From assembly GCA_964401265.1 (NCBI GenBank), contig CAYNXW010000002.1:1-35987 (forward strand): a DNA stretch of 35,987 nucleotides. The letters are read 5' to 3'. Below, piece by piece: positions 8,222 through 16,600 of this stretch (position 1 is the first letter of the stretch; every line of letters begins with the position of its first letter). A program made the position numbers and the translations under genes. The notes beneath the pieces were generated by a model, which saw only the letters and a program-made list of their open reading frames with translations, had not been told where the DNA came from and did not search any database. Origin of the DNA: an uncultured Pirellulales bacterium (lineage in GTDB: Bacteria > Planctomycetota > Phycisphaerae > Sedimentisphaerales > SM23-30).

Positions 8222-9076
8222 ATGTGGCAGGTAGTGCTGGGATTTTTGTTGGGGGTGGCGGTGGTGTTGGGCGGCGGTGCATTGTGGTGGCGTCGCTGGT
8301 CGCGTCGTCGTCGGGTGCGTCAGCGGGAGTTGTTGCGTCGGACGCGTCGGGCGGAGCGGCTGGCGGAGCTGGCAGGTATGACGGGGGGGTTGGCACATGA
8401 GATACGGAATCCATTGTCGGCGATCAAGATGAATTTGCAGTTGCTGCGGGAGGACATGGAGCGTAAGGCGAAGCAGGCCGCGGGGGGGGCAGCGGCGGAC
8501 CCGCTGGAGGGGTTGGCTGATACGTACCAGCGTTGGCAGCGGAAGATGGGGGTGATAGCGGGTGAGGCGGATCGGTTGGCGGACAAGCTGAACGATTTCT
8601 TGCGTTTGACGGGCAGGATGGAGCTGCAATGTGCGCGGTGCGACATCGGGGAGGTGTTGGATGATTTGATAGATTTTTATGAGCCTCAGGCGATCAGCAA
8701 GGGGGTTACGATTCGGCGGAAGTTGTGTGAGGAGCCGGTGTATTGTCGTGTGGATGTGAACCTGGTGAAGCAGGCGATGTTGAATTTGTTTATCAATGCG
8801 GTGCAGGTGATGGAGGCGGGGGGCGAGTTGATGATTATGTGTCGGCAGGTCAATGGCGAGGTGGCGGTGGAGGTGATCGACACGGGGCCAGGGATCGAGG
8901 CGGAGCGGCAGGAGCAGATATTTGAGCCTTACTATTCGACGCGGTCGGGGGGAACGGGGTTGGGGCTGTCGATATGTCGTCGGATCATCGAGGAGCATCA
9001 CGGGAGCATTCGGCTGCACAGCGAGGTGGGCAAGGGGTCGAAATTTACAGTTGTTCTGCCGGTGGTGAGCGAGTAA
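8222..9076 (+). CDS. Membrane-anchored minimal sensor histidine kinase (one N-terminal TM helix, HisKA + HATPase_c, no recognisable sensor domain)
   Basis: MWQVVLGFLLGVAVVLGGGALWW is a TM helix. H-box: GLAHEIRNPLSAIKMNLQLL. N-box: NLFINAVQVM. G1: IDTGPGI. G2: GGTGLGLSICRRIIEEHHGSIRLHSEVGKGSKFTVVLP. The track ORF starts at TTG 8219; the ATG is at 8222. Confidence 0.9.
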   Translation: MWQVVLGFLLGVAVVLGGGALWWRRWSRRRRVRQRELLRRTRRAERLAELAGMTGGLAHEIRNPLSAIKMNLQLLREDMERKAKQAAGGAAADPLEGLADTYQRWQRKMGVIAGEADRLADKLNDFLRLTGRMELQCARCDIGEVLDDLIDFYEPQAISKGVTIRRKLCEEPVYCRVDVNLVKQAMLNLFINAVQVMEAGGELMIMCRQVNGEVAVEVIDTGPGIEAERQEQIFEPYYSTRSGGTGLGLSICRRIIEEHHGSIRLHSEVGKGSKFTVVLPVVSE

Positions 9077-9325
9077 AAGAGCAGGCGAAAGCTGCAGAAG
9101 CGACCTTACCACGAAGAGCCTGGCGCGGCCTTTGGCCGCAACAAAAAGATCACCGCTTCGCGGTGGGTGTTTATCGCTTTGAGGCAGCCGGCAGGTAGAA
9201 GAAAAGGTCGCGTGGTAAGTGAAGACTCAAGAGGCGGCCTGTGAGCGTGGCGACTGGAAAAACGGAAGCTTGGGTGAGGACGCCGGCTGAACAGGGTCAT
9301 CGTGACGTGGTTGCGTATATCCTGG

Positions 9326-9345
9326 ATTCCCGCTTTTGCGGGAAT
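9326..9345. repeat. Perfect 8-bp hairpin ATTCCCGC-TTTT-GCGGGAAT (REP-like palindromic element)
   Basis: Read directly. Its minus-strand translation gives the VIPAKAGIQ peptide that I recall from spurious hypothetical proteins overlying a widespread palindromic repeat. Only one copy is present in this window, so its repeat status cannot be confirmed here. Confidence 0.45.
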
Positions 9346-9452
9346 GACATCGGTGTCGCCTTCGGCGACGCGTAGTATGAGCGCGGGCAACGTGTCCGGG
9401 AGAGGCTGAGCGTTTCGGGTTTGGAGTAGTTCTGAGTTTAACGGGTCAGGTG

Positions 9453-10820
9453 ATGGTGAATAAGGCGTTGGGTGAGATAGAAGTGTTGGTGGTGGAGGAT
9501 GAGCCGGCGCAGGCGGAGGCGGTGGGTGAGGCGTTGGCGGGGCTGGGTTATGCGCCTCTGGTGGCGGGGGATGGCCAGGCGGGGCTGGCGTTGTTTGAGC
9601 GTCATGATCCGTATGTGGTGGTGACGGATTTAAAGCTGGGCGGTGCAGTTGACGGGATGGGGGTGTTGGAGGGGGTGTCGAGCAGTATGCGGACGTGCGA
9701 GGTGGTGATGATTACGGCGCACGGTTCGATCGAGATCTGCAAGCAGGCGTTGCGGGAGGGGGCTTATGATTATATAGAGAAGCCTGTGGATCTGGATTTG
9801 CTGCGGACGGTGGTCAAGCGTGCGGTGGAGAAGGTGACGCTGGAGCGGGAGAACCAGCGTCTCGCGAGTCGGTTGGATGAGAAGTTCAGTTTTTCGGGGT
9901 TGGTGGGGGAGTCGCCGGCGATGCTGCGGGTGCTGGACAAGGTGCGACGGGCGGCGGCGTCGGATGTGACGGTGCTGTTGCGGGGCGAGAGCGGGGTGGG
10001 CAAGGAGTTGTTTGCGCGGGCGATTCATGAGAATTCGCCGCGGAAGAGCAGGTTGTTTGAGCCGGTGAATTGTGCGGGTTTGAGCGAGACGCTTTTGGAG
10101 AGCGAGCTGTTTGGGCATGTGAAGGGGGCGTTTACGGGGGCGACGTCGGATCGGAAGGGGTTTTTCGCGATGGCGGACGGGGGGACGTTGTTTCTGGATG
10201 AAATAGGGGACATGCCCCTGGCGATGCAGGCGAAGCTGTTGCGGATACTGGAGGACCAGGTGGTGACGCCGGTGGGGGCGACGCGTGGTTTTCAGGTGGA
10301 CGTGCGGATCATCAGTGCGACGAATCAGGACTTGGCGGCGGCGGTGGAGGCGGGGCGGTTTCGGAAGGATTTGTATTTCAGGATTCGTCAGGTGGAAATT
10401 GAGTTGCCTTCACTGCAGGAGCGTCGTGAGGACATCGGGCCTTTACTGACTCATTTTTTGCGGGAGTTTACGGCGACGGAGGGTGCGGAGGTTCGTGATT
10501 TTACGCCGGCGGCGATGCGGGCGTTGAAGAGTTACGACTGGCCTGGGAATGTGCGGGAGCTGCGTAATTGCGTCAAGGCGATGGTGGTGCTGGCGGATTC
10601 GGAGAAGATCGATGTGGCGGATCTGCCTTTTGAGATTCATCAGCACAGCAGTTCGACGGACGAGTTGAGCAATCTGGCGGGGGTGAATTTGAACGAGCTG
10701 GAGAAGACGGCGATCAGTCGGACGCTGGAGATGGTTAACGGTAATCGGGAGCAGGCGGCGAAGATGCTGGGGATCGGGGAGCGGACGTTGTATCGGAAGA
10801 TCAAGGAGTATGGGTTGTGA
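9453..10820 (+). CDS. Sigma-54-dependent response regulator (NtrC family: receiver + AAA+ sigma-54 activator + Fis-type HTH)
   Basis: Receiver: [25 protein letters not shown]+: Walker [16 protein letters not shown], the sigma-54 contact loop GAFTGA (HVKGAFTGA), Walker [12 protein letters not shown]-terminal HTH: [25 protein letters not shown]. The ATG is at 9453; the track ORF starts at GTG 9450. Confidence 0.95.
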   Translation: MVNKALGEIEVLVVEDEPAQAEAVGEALAGLGYAPLVAGDGQAGLALFERHDPYVVVTDLKLGGAVDGMGVLEGVSSSMRTCEVVMITAHGSIEICKQALREGAYDYIEKPVDLDLLRTVVKRAVEKVTLERENQRLASRLDEKFSFSGLVGESPAMLRVLDKVRRAAASDVTVLLRGESGVGKELFARAIHENSPRKSRLFEPVNCAGLSETLLESELFGHVKGAFTGATSDRKGFFAMADGGTLFLDEIGDMPLAMQAKLLRILEDQVVTPVGATRGFQVDVRIISATNQDLAAAVEAGRFRKDLYFRIRQVEIELPSLQERREDIGPLLTHFLREFTATEGAEVRDFTPAAMRALKSYDWPGNVRELRNCVKAMVVLADSEKIDVADLPFEIHQHSSSTDELSNLAGVNLNELEKTAISRTLEMVNGNREQAAKMLGIGERTLYRKIKEYGL

Positions 10821-10864
10821 GGCGGGGATAAGGGATAAGGGGAGGTGTCGCCTGCACGCGACGG

Positions 10865-12811
10865 ATGAATACTTGCGGGCAAGATGGACGCGAGACGCAA
10901 ATTACGGATGTGGGGGCGAGTGAGGGGGTGGCAGGGGGTTTTGAATGGGAGTCGTATTTGATGGGACGTGATAGTTTGCCGATGTTTACGCTGCAGTTTT
11001 CTCATAACCATGTGCATACGGGGGGCAAGGTGGTCAACACGACGGATGCGCTGGAGCAGATGGGTGCGGGGGAGGTGTTTTTGTCGGTGACGAACGGCGT
11101 GTTGGATGGGGCTGAGGCGTTGGGGACGTTGCGGGAGCGGTTGGCCAGTACGGCCAGTGCGATACGCACGTTGCGGCGCAAGGGGGTGAAGACGCATCTG
11201 GTCTTGCCGAGTTTGAGCATGCTGGTGGCGGCGGATGGGGGGCTGAAGCGGCGGTTGAAGCGGTTGTATGCGGAGGCGGCGGGGGCTGGGGCTGTGAGTA
11301 TTTGGGTGGACGATACGTATGAGATTGCAGGCGGTCGAGGGGGCCGATGGGGGCAGGCGGTGGGTCGGCGGGAGTATGTGGGGTGGTTTCGGGCGATTGG
11401 TCGGACGATTCGGGGGGTGTCGGAGCGGCTGGAGGTGGGGTTGATTGGGGCGGATGCGGGGTATTACGGGCGGATGGGGCTGAGTGGTGTGGAGCTGGCG
11501 GAGGTGCTGGCGAGGGGGGGCAGGGCGATCTTGGCGCAGTCGGAGCCTTTGACGAGTGATTACCGTCGGACGGATATTTTGCGGGTGGGGCAGGTATTGG
11601 GGACGGCGGCGGCCTTGGCGCGTGGTAGCGAGGTGTCGCTGGTGGGGCAGTTGAGTCAGGCATCGGCGTCGACGTTTGGCAAGAGCACGGAATCGGTGCA
11701 GATGCAGATGAATCTGAACGTGCTTTTTGGCATAGAGCGGATGGTGCTGGATTGTTTTGGGAGTGCGGGGACGGCGGCGGGCGATCAGAATCCGTATGTG
11801 CAGACGTGTTTGTCGACGCGGGGTTATTACCGGCGGCTGGAGGCGTTTGGTTCGGGCGAGTACGAGGGGGTGGGGATTTGTTGTGTGTTGCCGGAGCCGG
11901 GGCGGTTGAAGGGGGCGTCGGCGGATGCGGCGTTGCTGGAGTCGGGGGGGAATCCGTGGCCTGTGGTGTTGTGGCGGCTGGGGTTGCCGGTGACGTTTGC
12001 GACGACGGGGCAGGTGGAGGATTTTGCGGGGCCTTTCGTTCTGGCGGGGACGGCAGCGAGGCAGTTGAGTCGGGGGCAGTTGAAGCATGTTTTTGAGCAT
12101 GGGGTGCTGCTGGATGTGGAGGCGGCCAAGTCGTTGGAGGCAATGGGGCGGGGCGAGCTGACGGGGGTGAAGGTAGGGCAGAAGGTGCGGGGGGTGCGGA
12201 CGGAGATATTTACGGACCCGAGTTTTGCGTGGCCTTACTTTTCGAAGTGGAACGAGCTGGGGGGAGTGGATGGCGAGAGGTCTTTTGATGTGTGGGAGGT
12301 GGAGCCTGAGGCAGCGGGGGCGCGTTCGATAAGCATTTTGGGCAGGCACGATGGACCGCCGACGATGGGGGGAATGGCGGTTTATGATAGGGATGAGGGT
12401 CGCAGCCGGTGTGCGGTGTTACCTTACAGTATAGGGGGTGAGGAGGGGGAGTTTTTGTTGACGCACGGTCGGCAGCGGCATTTTCAGGAGGTGTTTCATT
12501 TTCTGTCGCGTCGTCGGCTGGGGTGCATGGTGGAGAGCACGGCGGATTTGGCGCCGTTTTTCTGTGTCGATAAGCGTAGGCGGCGTGGGGGTTTAGGTTT
12601 GTTGAACGTGGGGTTTGACTGGGCGTTGGACGGGCGGATTCGGCTGGGGCGTCTGCCGTTTGGGGTCAAGCGGATAAGGCGTTTGAATGAGCAGGGGCGA
12701 TGGGTCGAGGGGCCAGCTTTGGAGCGACGAGGGGGTTATGAGTATATTCAGCTCGATAGCGAGTCGGCGGTGCCGCCGATGCAGATGACGATGCTGCGGC
12801 TGGAGGGGTGA
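10865..12811 (+). CDS. Hypothetical protein, 648 aa, no domain recognised by eye
   Basis: The frame is long and open, with the same G-ending codon usage and G/A/V/L/E/R-rich composition as the neighbouring real + strand genes. The start is uncertain: ATG 10865 has no Shine-Dalgarno, ATG 10961 has GGGAG 9 nt upstream, and ATG 10982 is also possible. It has no TM helix or signal peptide and no motif I can name. Confidence 0.7.
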   Translation: MNTCGQDGRETQITDVGASEGVAGGFEWESYLMGRDSLPMFTLQFSHNHVHTGGKVVNTTDALEQMGAGEVFLSVTNGVLDGAEALGTLRERLASTASAIRTLRRKGVKTHLVLPSLSMLVAADGGLKRRLKRLYAEAAGAGAVSIWVDDTYEIAGGRGGRWGQAVGRREYVGWFRAIGRTIRGVSERLEVGLIGADAGYYGRMGLSGVELAEVLARGGRAILAQSEPLTSDYRRTDILRVGQVLGTAAALARGSEVSLVGQLSQASASTFGKSTESVQMQMNLNVLFGIERMVLDCFGSAGTAAGDQNPYVQTCLSTRGYYRRLEAFGSGEYEGVGICCVLPEPGRLKGASADAALLESGGNPWPVVLWRLGLPVTFATTGQVEDFAGPFVLAGTAARQLSRGQLKHVFEHGVLLDVEAAKSLEAMGRGELTGVKVGQKVRGVRTEIFTDPSFAWPYFSKWNELGGVDGERSFDVWEVEPEAAGARSISILGRHDGPPTMGGMAVYDRDEGRSRCAVLPYSIGGEEGEFLLTHGRQRHFQEVFHFLSRRRLGCMVESTADLAPFFCVDKRRRRGGLGLLNVGFDWALDGRIRLGRLPFGVKRIRRLNEQGRWVEGPALERRGGYEYIQLDSESAVPPMQMTMLRLEG

Positions 12812-12926
12812 TAAGGGAAGGGGGGAAAGGGGAGGGTGTGCGAGGTGAAATTAAGCAAATGGCCGGTAGCGGCCGATAAAGGGAAGGTGAGGGGGGAGGT
12901 GTGTATAGAGAGGTTGAGGGTGTGCT

Positions 12927-13178
12927 ATGAACGCATTGAGTGGGGTAACGCAGTCGCTGGTGCAGAGCGAGCTGACGAGTCTTCAGACGCGTCAGGCGAT
13001 CGATGTGGCGGTGGCGAAGAAGTCTCTGGATAGCAGCAGGCAAACGGGCGATGCGATCGTGGCGTTGCTGGAGGGTGCTGTGGCGGTGGCGGAGGCGAGC
13101 GGCTCGTCGGGCGGGGGCAGGGTTACGGTGGGGGCGTTGGTGTCGGGGCTGGGCCAGCACCTGGACGTGCGTGGGTGA
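12927..13178 (+). CDS. YjfB-like small protein (family annotated 'putative motility protein')
   Basis: The 83-aa product is MNALSGVTQSLVQSELTSLQTRQAIDVAVAKKSLDSSRQTGDAIVALLEGAV...GLGQHLDVRG. The N-terminal Q-rich helix, the V.V.KK.LD...Q.G.A...LLE core and the C-terminal G.G..LDV end match my recollection of the YjfB family layout. GAGGG (12916-12920) lies 6 nt upstream of the ATG. Confidence 0.6.
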   Translation: MNALSGVTQSLVQSELTSLQTRQAIDVAVAKKSLDSSRQTGDAIVALLEGAVAVAEASGSSGGGRVTVGALVSGLGQHLDVRG

Positions 13179-13640
13179 GAGGGGGCTGGGGGAATTATCG
13201 GACGGTAAATTTGGCGTGGTGGTTGTGTTGCGTGCTGATGGCAAGGGGGTGATGTTGTATGGCTCATGACCTTGGGGTGACAAGAGGTTGTCAGTGGGGT
13301 TGTTGTTGGGGGTTCTGTTGGTCCGGTTCTACAAAAGAAGCAGAAGATTTTTCTATCAGCATGTCTAGCAGTATCGAAAGGGGCGGTGGCGGGAGGTTGA
13401 GCTGGGTAGTGAGGGGACGGTCGATGGGGCTGGCAATACTGAAACGGGGGACAGGTGGGCACAAGTACGAGTCGTGAGGGGGTGGTTGTGATGAGGGGCC
13501 GGTCGGGGTGCAATTGGTCCTGGTGGTACTGATAAGGCTGATGGCAGGGTTTGGGGAGATTGTCGGGTTGAAAATGGCTTAAACATCTATGCGGTCTGGA
13601 ACGATAACAGTGGAGTGAAAATGGCGGGAGGTGTCTGTTC

Positions 13641-13655
13641 TGGCATCTCCGTTGG
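13641..13655 (+). promoter_or_regulatory. Weak candidate sigma-54 (-24/-12) promoter TGGCAT-N5-TTGG directly upstream of the preferred start of the giant gene
   Basis: TGGCATCTCCGTTGG compared with the consensus TGGCAC-N5-TTGC: the GG spacing is correct and the -12 GC is replaced by GG. The predicted transcription start (~13667) would sit just 5' of GAGGA (13675-13679) and ATG 13687. An NtrC-type activator is encoded 3 kb upstream. Confidence 0.25.
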
Positions 13656-13686
13656 TACTTCATGGCAAGCAAGCGAGGAACGCGTC

Positions 13687-16600
13687 ATGTCGCTGTTACG
13701 GAAACTTCGTCGGCAGGTTCGTCGGAACAATGGTCACGTTGAGCGGAAGCGGTTTGCACTTGAGCAATTGGAGCCGCGGTTGATGTTGAACGCGGATTTG
13801 CAGGTAGCGGACCTGTTCATCGACCCGATGAACGATCATCCGTATGCGTGGGGGGACAGTGCGGGGGTGGATATGAACGTGGTGGTGGAGAATACCGGGG
13901 ACAGTCTAGCTGCAGGTACGGCGACGTTGAGCTTTTACCTGAGCGACGACGCAACGCTGGACGTAGGGACTGATGCGTTGCTGACGGGTAGTTTAGAGAT
14001 ATCGGACCTTGCGGCGGGCGGGGCGTATCCGGCGGAGGCTGATTCGGCGGCGTTTGTGAGCGTGTCATTGCCGGGGCCTGGAGAGGCGGGTTTCAGTGCG
14101 GACGGGGACAAGTACCTGTTTGCGGTGGTGGACAGCGGGGACGCGATCGTCGAGAACGACGAGACGAACAATTCGGCGGCGGTTCAGTTGGCGGTGGGTA
14201 CGCCTTGGCCTGTGGTGGGCAGCGATCTGGTGGTGGACGATGCTGCGTTGCCGGAGGAGGGGACGCTCAAGTGGGGCAACACGTACACGATCTGGGCGGA
14301 CGTGTGGAACGCGGGCAACCGGGAGACGGAGACGTTTACGGTGGACGTGGTGCTCAGTGCGGACGGGGTGTACGGCAACGGTGACGATGTGTCGGTGTTG
14401 GCGGGTGGGCCTTTGGAGGTGACGGGCGGTCTGGCGGCGGGGGCGGAGAACGAGGATACGAGTGAGGTTCAGCTGGTGCTTCCGGCGTGGGACGGGGCAG
14501 CGTATGTGGATGGGGAGTACGCGTTGTTCATGGTGGCGGACAGCGGGCAGGCGGTGGCGGAGGTTTACGAGAGCAACAACGTCGCGTGCGGGTTTGTGAC
14601 GATCGAGCAATCGCCCGCGACGAGCGCCGGGGTGGATTTGGCGACGATGTTCTTTGAGGTGGAGGATCTGGACGAGGGGCCGGCGGAGCTGGTGTGGGGG
14701 CAGACGTATGAGGGGGAGTTTGCGTTGATGAACGGGGGGGACACGGGGATTCTGGAGGCGGATGCGGACTTTACGGTGTCAGTGGTGTTGAGTGAGAACA
14801 TGGTGTATGGGGACGGCAGTGATGTGGAGGTGGGCTCGCTGACGGTGACGGGGGCGTTGGACTCGTATGGTCTGTTGATGGAAGAGCTGGACGTGACGCT
14901 GCCGAGTTCGTTTGTGAATCCGAATTACCTGGTGCTGACGGCGGACAGGGATGGGATTTACGACGACGCGAACGAGGCGAACAACGTTTGGGTGGTTGAT
15001 CTGGCGGAGGCGACGTTTGTGGGGGCGGATGCGGATATTGCGGTGCAGGGGATGCCGGGCGAGTCTATGGATTTGGGGTGGGGGCAAACGTATCAGTTGC
15101 CGGTGATGTTGGAGAACCAGGGCAATACGATTATTGGCACGTCGTTTGATGTGAATCTGGTGTTGAGTCCGGACGGGACGTATGAGGCGTCGCCCAGCGA
15201 CGACCAGGTGGTGGGGACGGTGACGGTGACGTTTGGCGTTGATGAGGAGTTTGATCCCGGGCAGTGGTGGGATGAGACGGTGAGTGTGACGTTGCCTGCG
15301 GCGGGGGCAACGTACGGGTCGCATACGTATGGATCGCAGGAGGATTACTGGCTCTTTGCGGTTGTGGATACGAGCGGCATAGCGGGCGAGGATGCCAGCA
15401 ATAATGTGATGGGCAGCCAGGGGAAGGTTCTGTCGGCGAGTACACTGGCGGGGCCTCAGCTTTTTGTGAGCATGGTGGATATGGATAACGGCAGCCCTGA
15501 TTATATGCAGGGGCCTTTGAGTTATCTGTGGACGACGGGATCGCCTTATGTCGGCGGGTTTTCGGCGGAGGTGAGTAATGAGGGGACGGACGCGGTGGGG
15601 ACGTTTGATGTGACGGTGCGTCTGTCGGAGGATCCGTATTACGATGAGAGCGACGTGGTGGTGGCGTCGCGGACGGTGAATGGTCTGCCGGGGCTGGGCG
15701 TGGATAATACGCCGATGGACCTGACGATACCGGCGGAAACGGCGGCGGGGCCTTATTATCTGGTGACGATGGTGGATAGCGGCAATTCGGGGGCTGGGGT
15801 GATTGCGGAGGAGGAAGAGGGGGACAACGTGGCGCCGATGGCATTGAGTGTGCACGTAGGTGAGTTGTTGGCGGGTACGGAACTGCTGGGTGGTCGGTTC
15901 GACATGTTTGGGGCGGAGTCGGCGACGTGGGGCAGTGTGGTGAATGTGGATGGGGAGGTTCGCAATGCGGGCGATACGGCTTCGGGCGGGTTTACGGTGT
16001 CGTATTATTTGAGCGTGGATGACGTTGTCGATGGGGGCGATGAGTTGTTGGGCAGTGGGGAAGTTGACGGGGTGGGGGCTGGTGCGCAGTGGTTTGCGGG
16101 GAATACGGAGCTGACACTGCCGGGGCCAGGGACGCTGGCGGATGGGACGTATAACCTTATTATGGCTATCGACTCGGGCGGGGCGATTGCAGAGGCGGAT
16201 GAGACCAATAATACGTGGTCGATGCCTTTGGCGATTGGCGGCGGGGGTGGTGAGGAGCCGGACCTGGAAGTTCAGGCGGTGAATTGGCCTGTGGAGACGG
16301 TTTGGGATCCGGGTGCGGTGGTGACGCTGGATACGACGGTGGGCAATGTGGGGGCAGTGGGTGCGGGTCAGTTTGATGTGTCGGTGTATCTGTCGACGGA
16401 CGACGTGCCGGACGGTTCGGATATGCTGTTGGCGACGCGGACGGTGACGGAGCTGGCGGCAGGGACACCGAGCAACGCGCCGATGGAGATTACGATTCCG
16501 GCGGATACGGTGCCGGGCGATTACTTCCTGTATGTGGTGGCGGACAATACCGACGCGGTGGCTGAGGGTAATGAGACGAACAATATATGGTTGTCGCCTT

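Noticed and set aside
9106-9390. Minus-strand ORF of 94 aa containing VIPAKAGIQ
   Set aside because: The peptide is the translation of the ATTCCCGC-TTTT-GCGGGAAT palindrome. The ORF spans a hairpin-rich non-coding spacer and has no coding-like composition.
10929-10944. Sigma-54-like string TGGCAGGGGGTTTTGA upstream of the alternative start of the 648-aa gene
   Set aside because: The spacing to a TTG(C) element is off by one, or two core positions mismatch. The implied transcription start (~10954) would remove the GGGAG ribosome-binding site (10947-10951).
8147-12349. Minus-strand ORFs 8147..9112, 9630..10118, 10640..12349 (569 aa) and 11034..12143 (369 aa)
   Set aside because: They are antisense or alternative frames of the kinase, activator and 648-aa genes. 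They have P/R/H/T-rich low-complexity products and no ribosome-binding sites.
12815-12836. Canonical G-quadruplex motif GGG-AA-GGGGGG-AAA-GGGG-A-GGG
   Set aside because: It is real as a sequence pattern, but runs of three or more G are abundant all along this G-skewed strand. The motif alone is not evidence of function, so it is reported only as part of the recurrent purine-rich element.
13212-13226. Sigma-54-like string TGGCGTGGTGGTTGT
   Set aside because: It has the correct spacing but GT instead of GC at -12. It lies more than 400 nt from any start codon and sits in a stretch where GG/TTG strings occur by chance on this G/T-rich strand.
13003-13477. Small ORFs 13003..13269 (+) and 13259..13477 (+), plus minus-strand ORFs 12666..13283 and 12992..13672
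   Set aside because: They overlap the YjfB-like gene in other frames or lie in the untranslated gap. Their products are W/R/G- or P/T-rich, with no ribosome-binding site and no motif.
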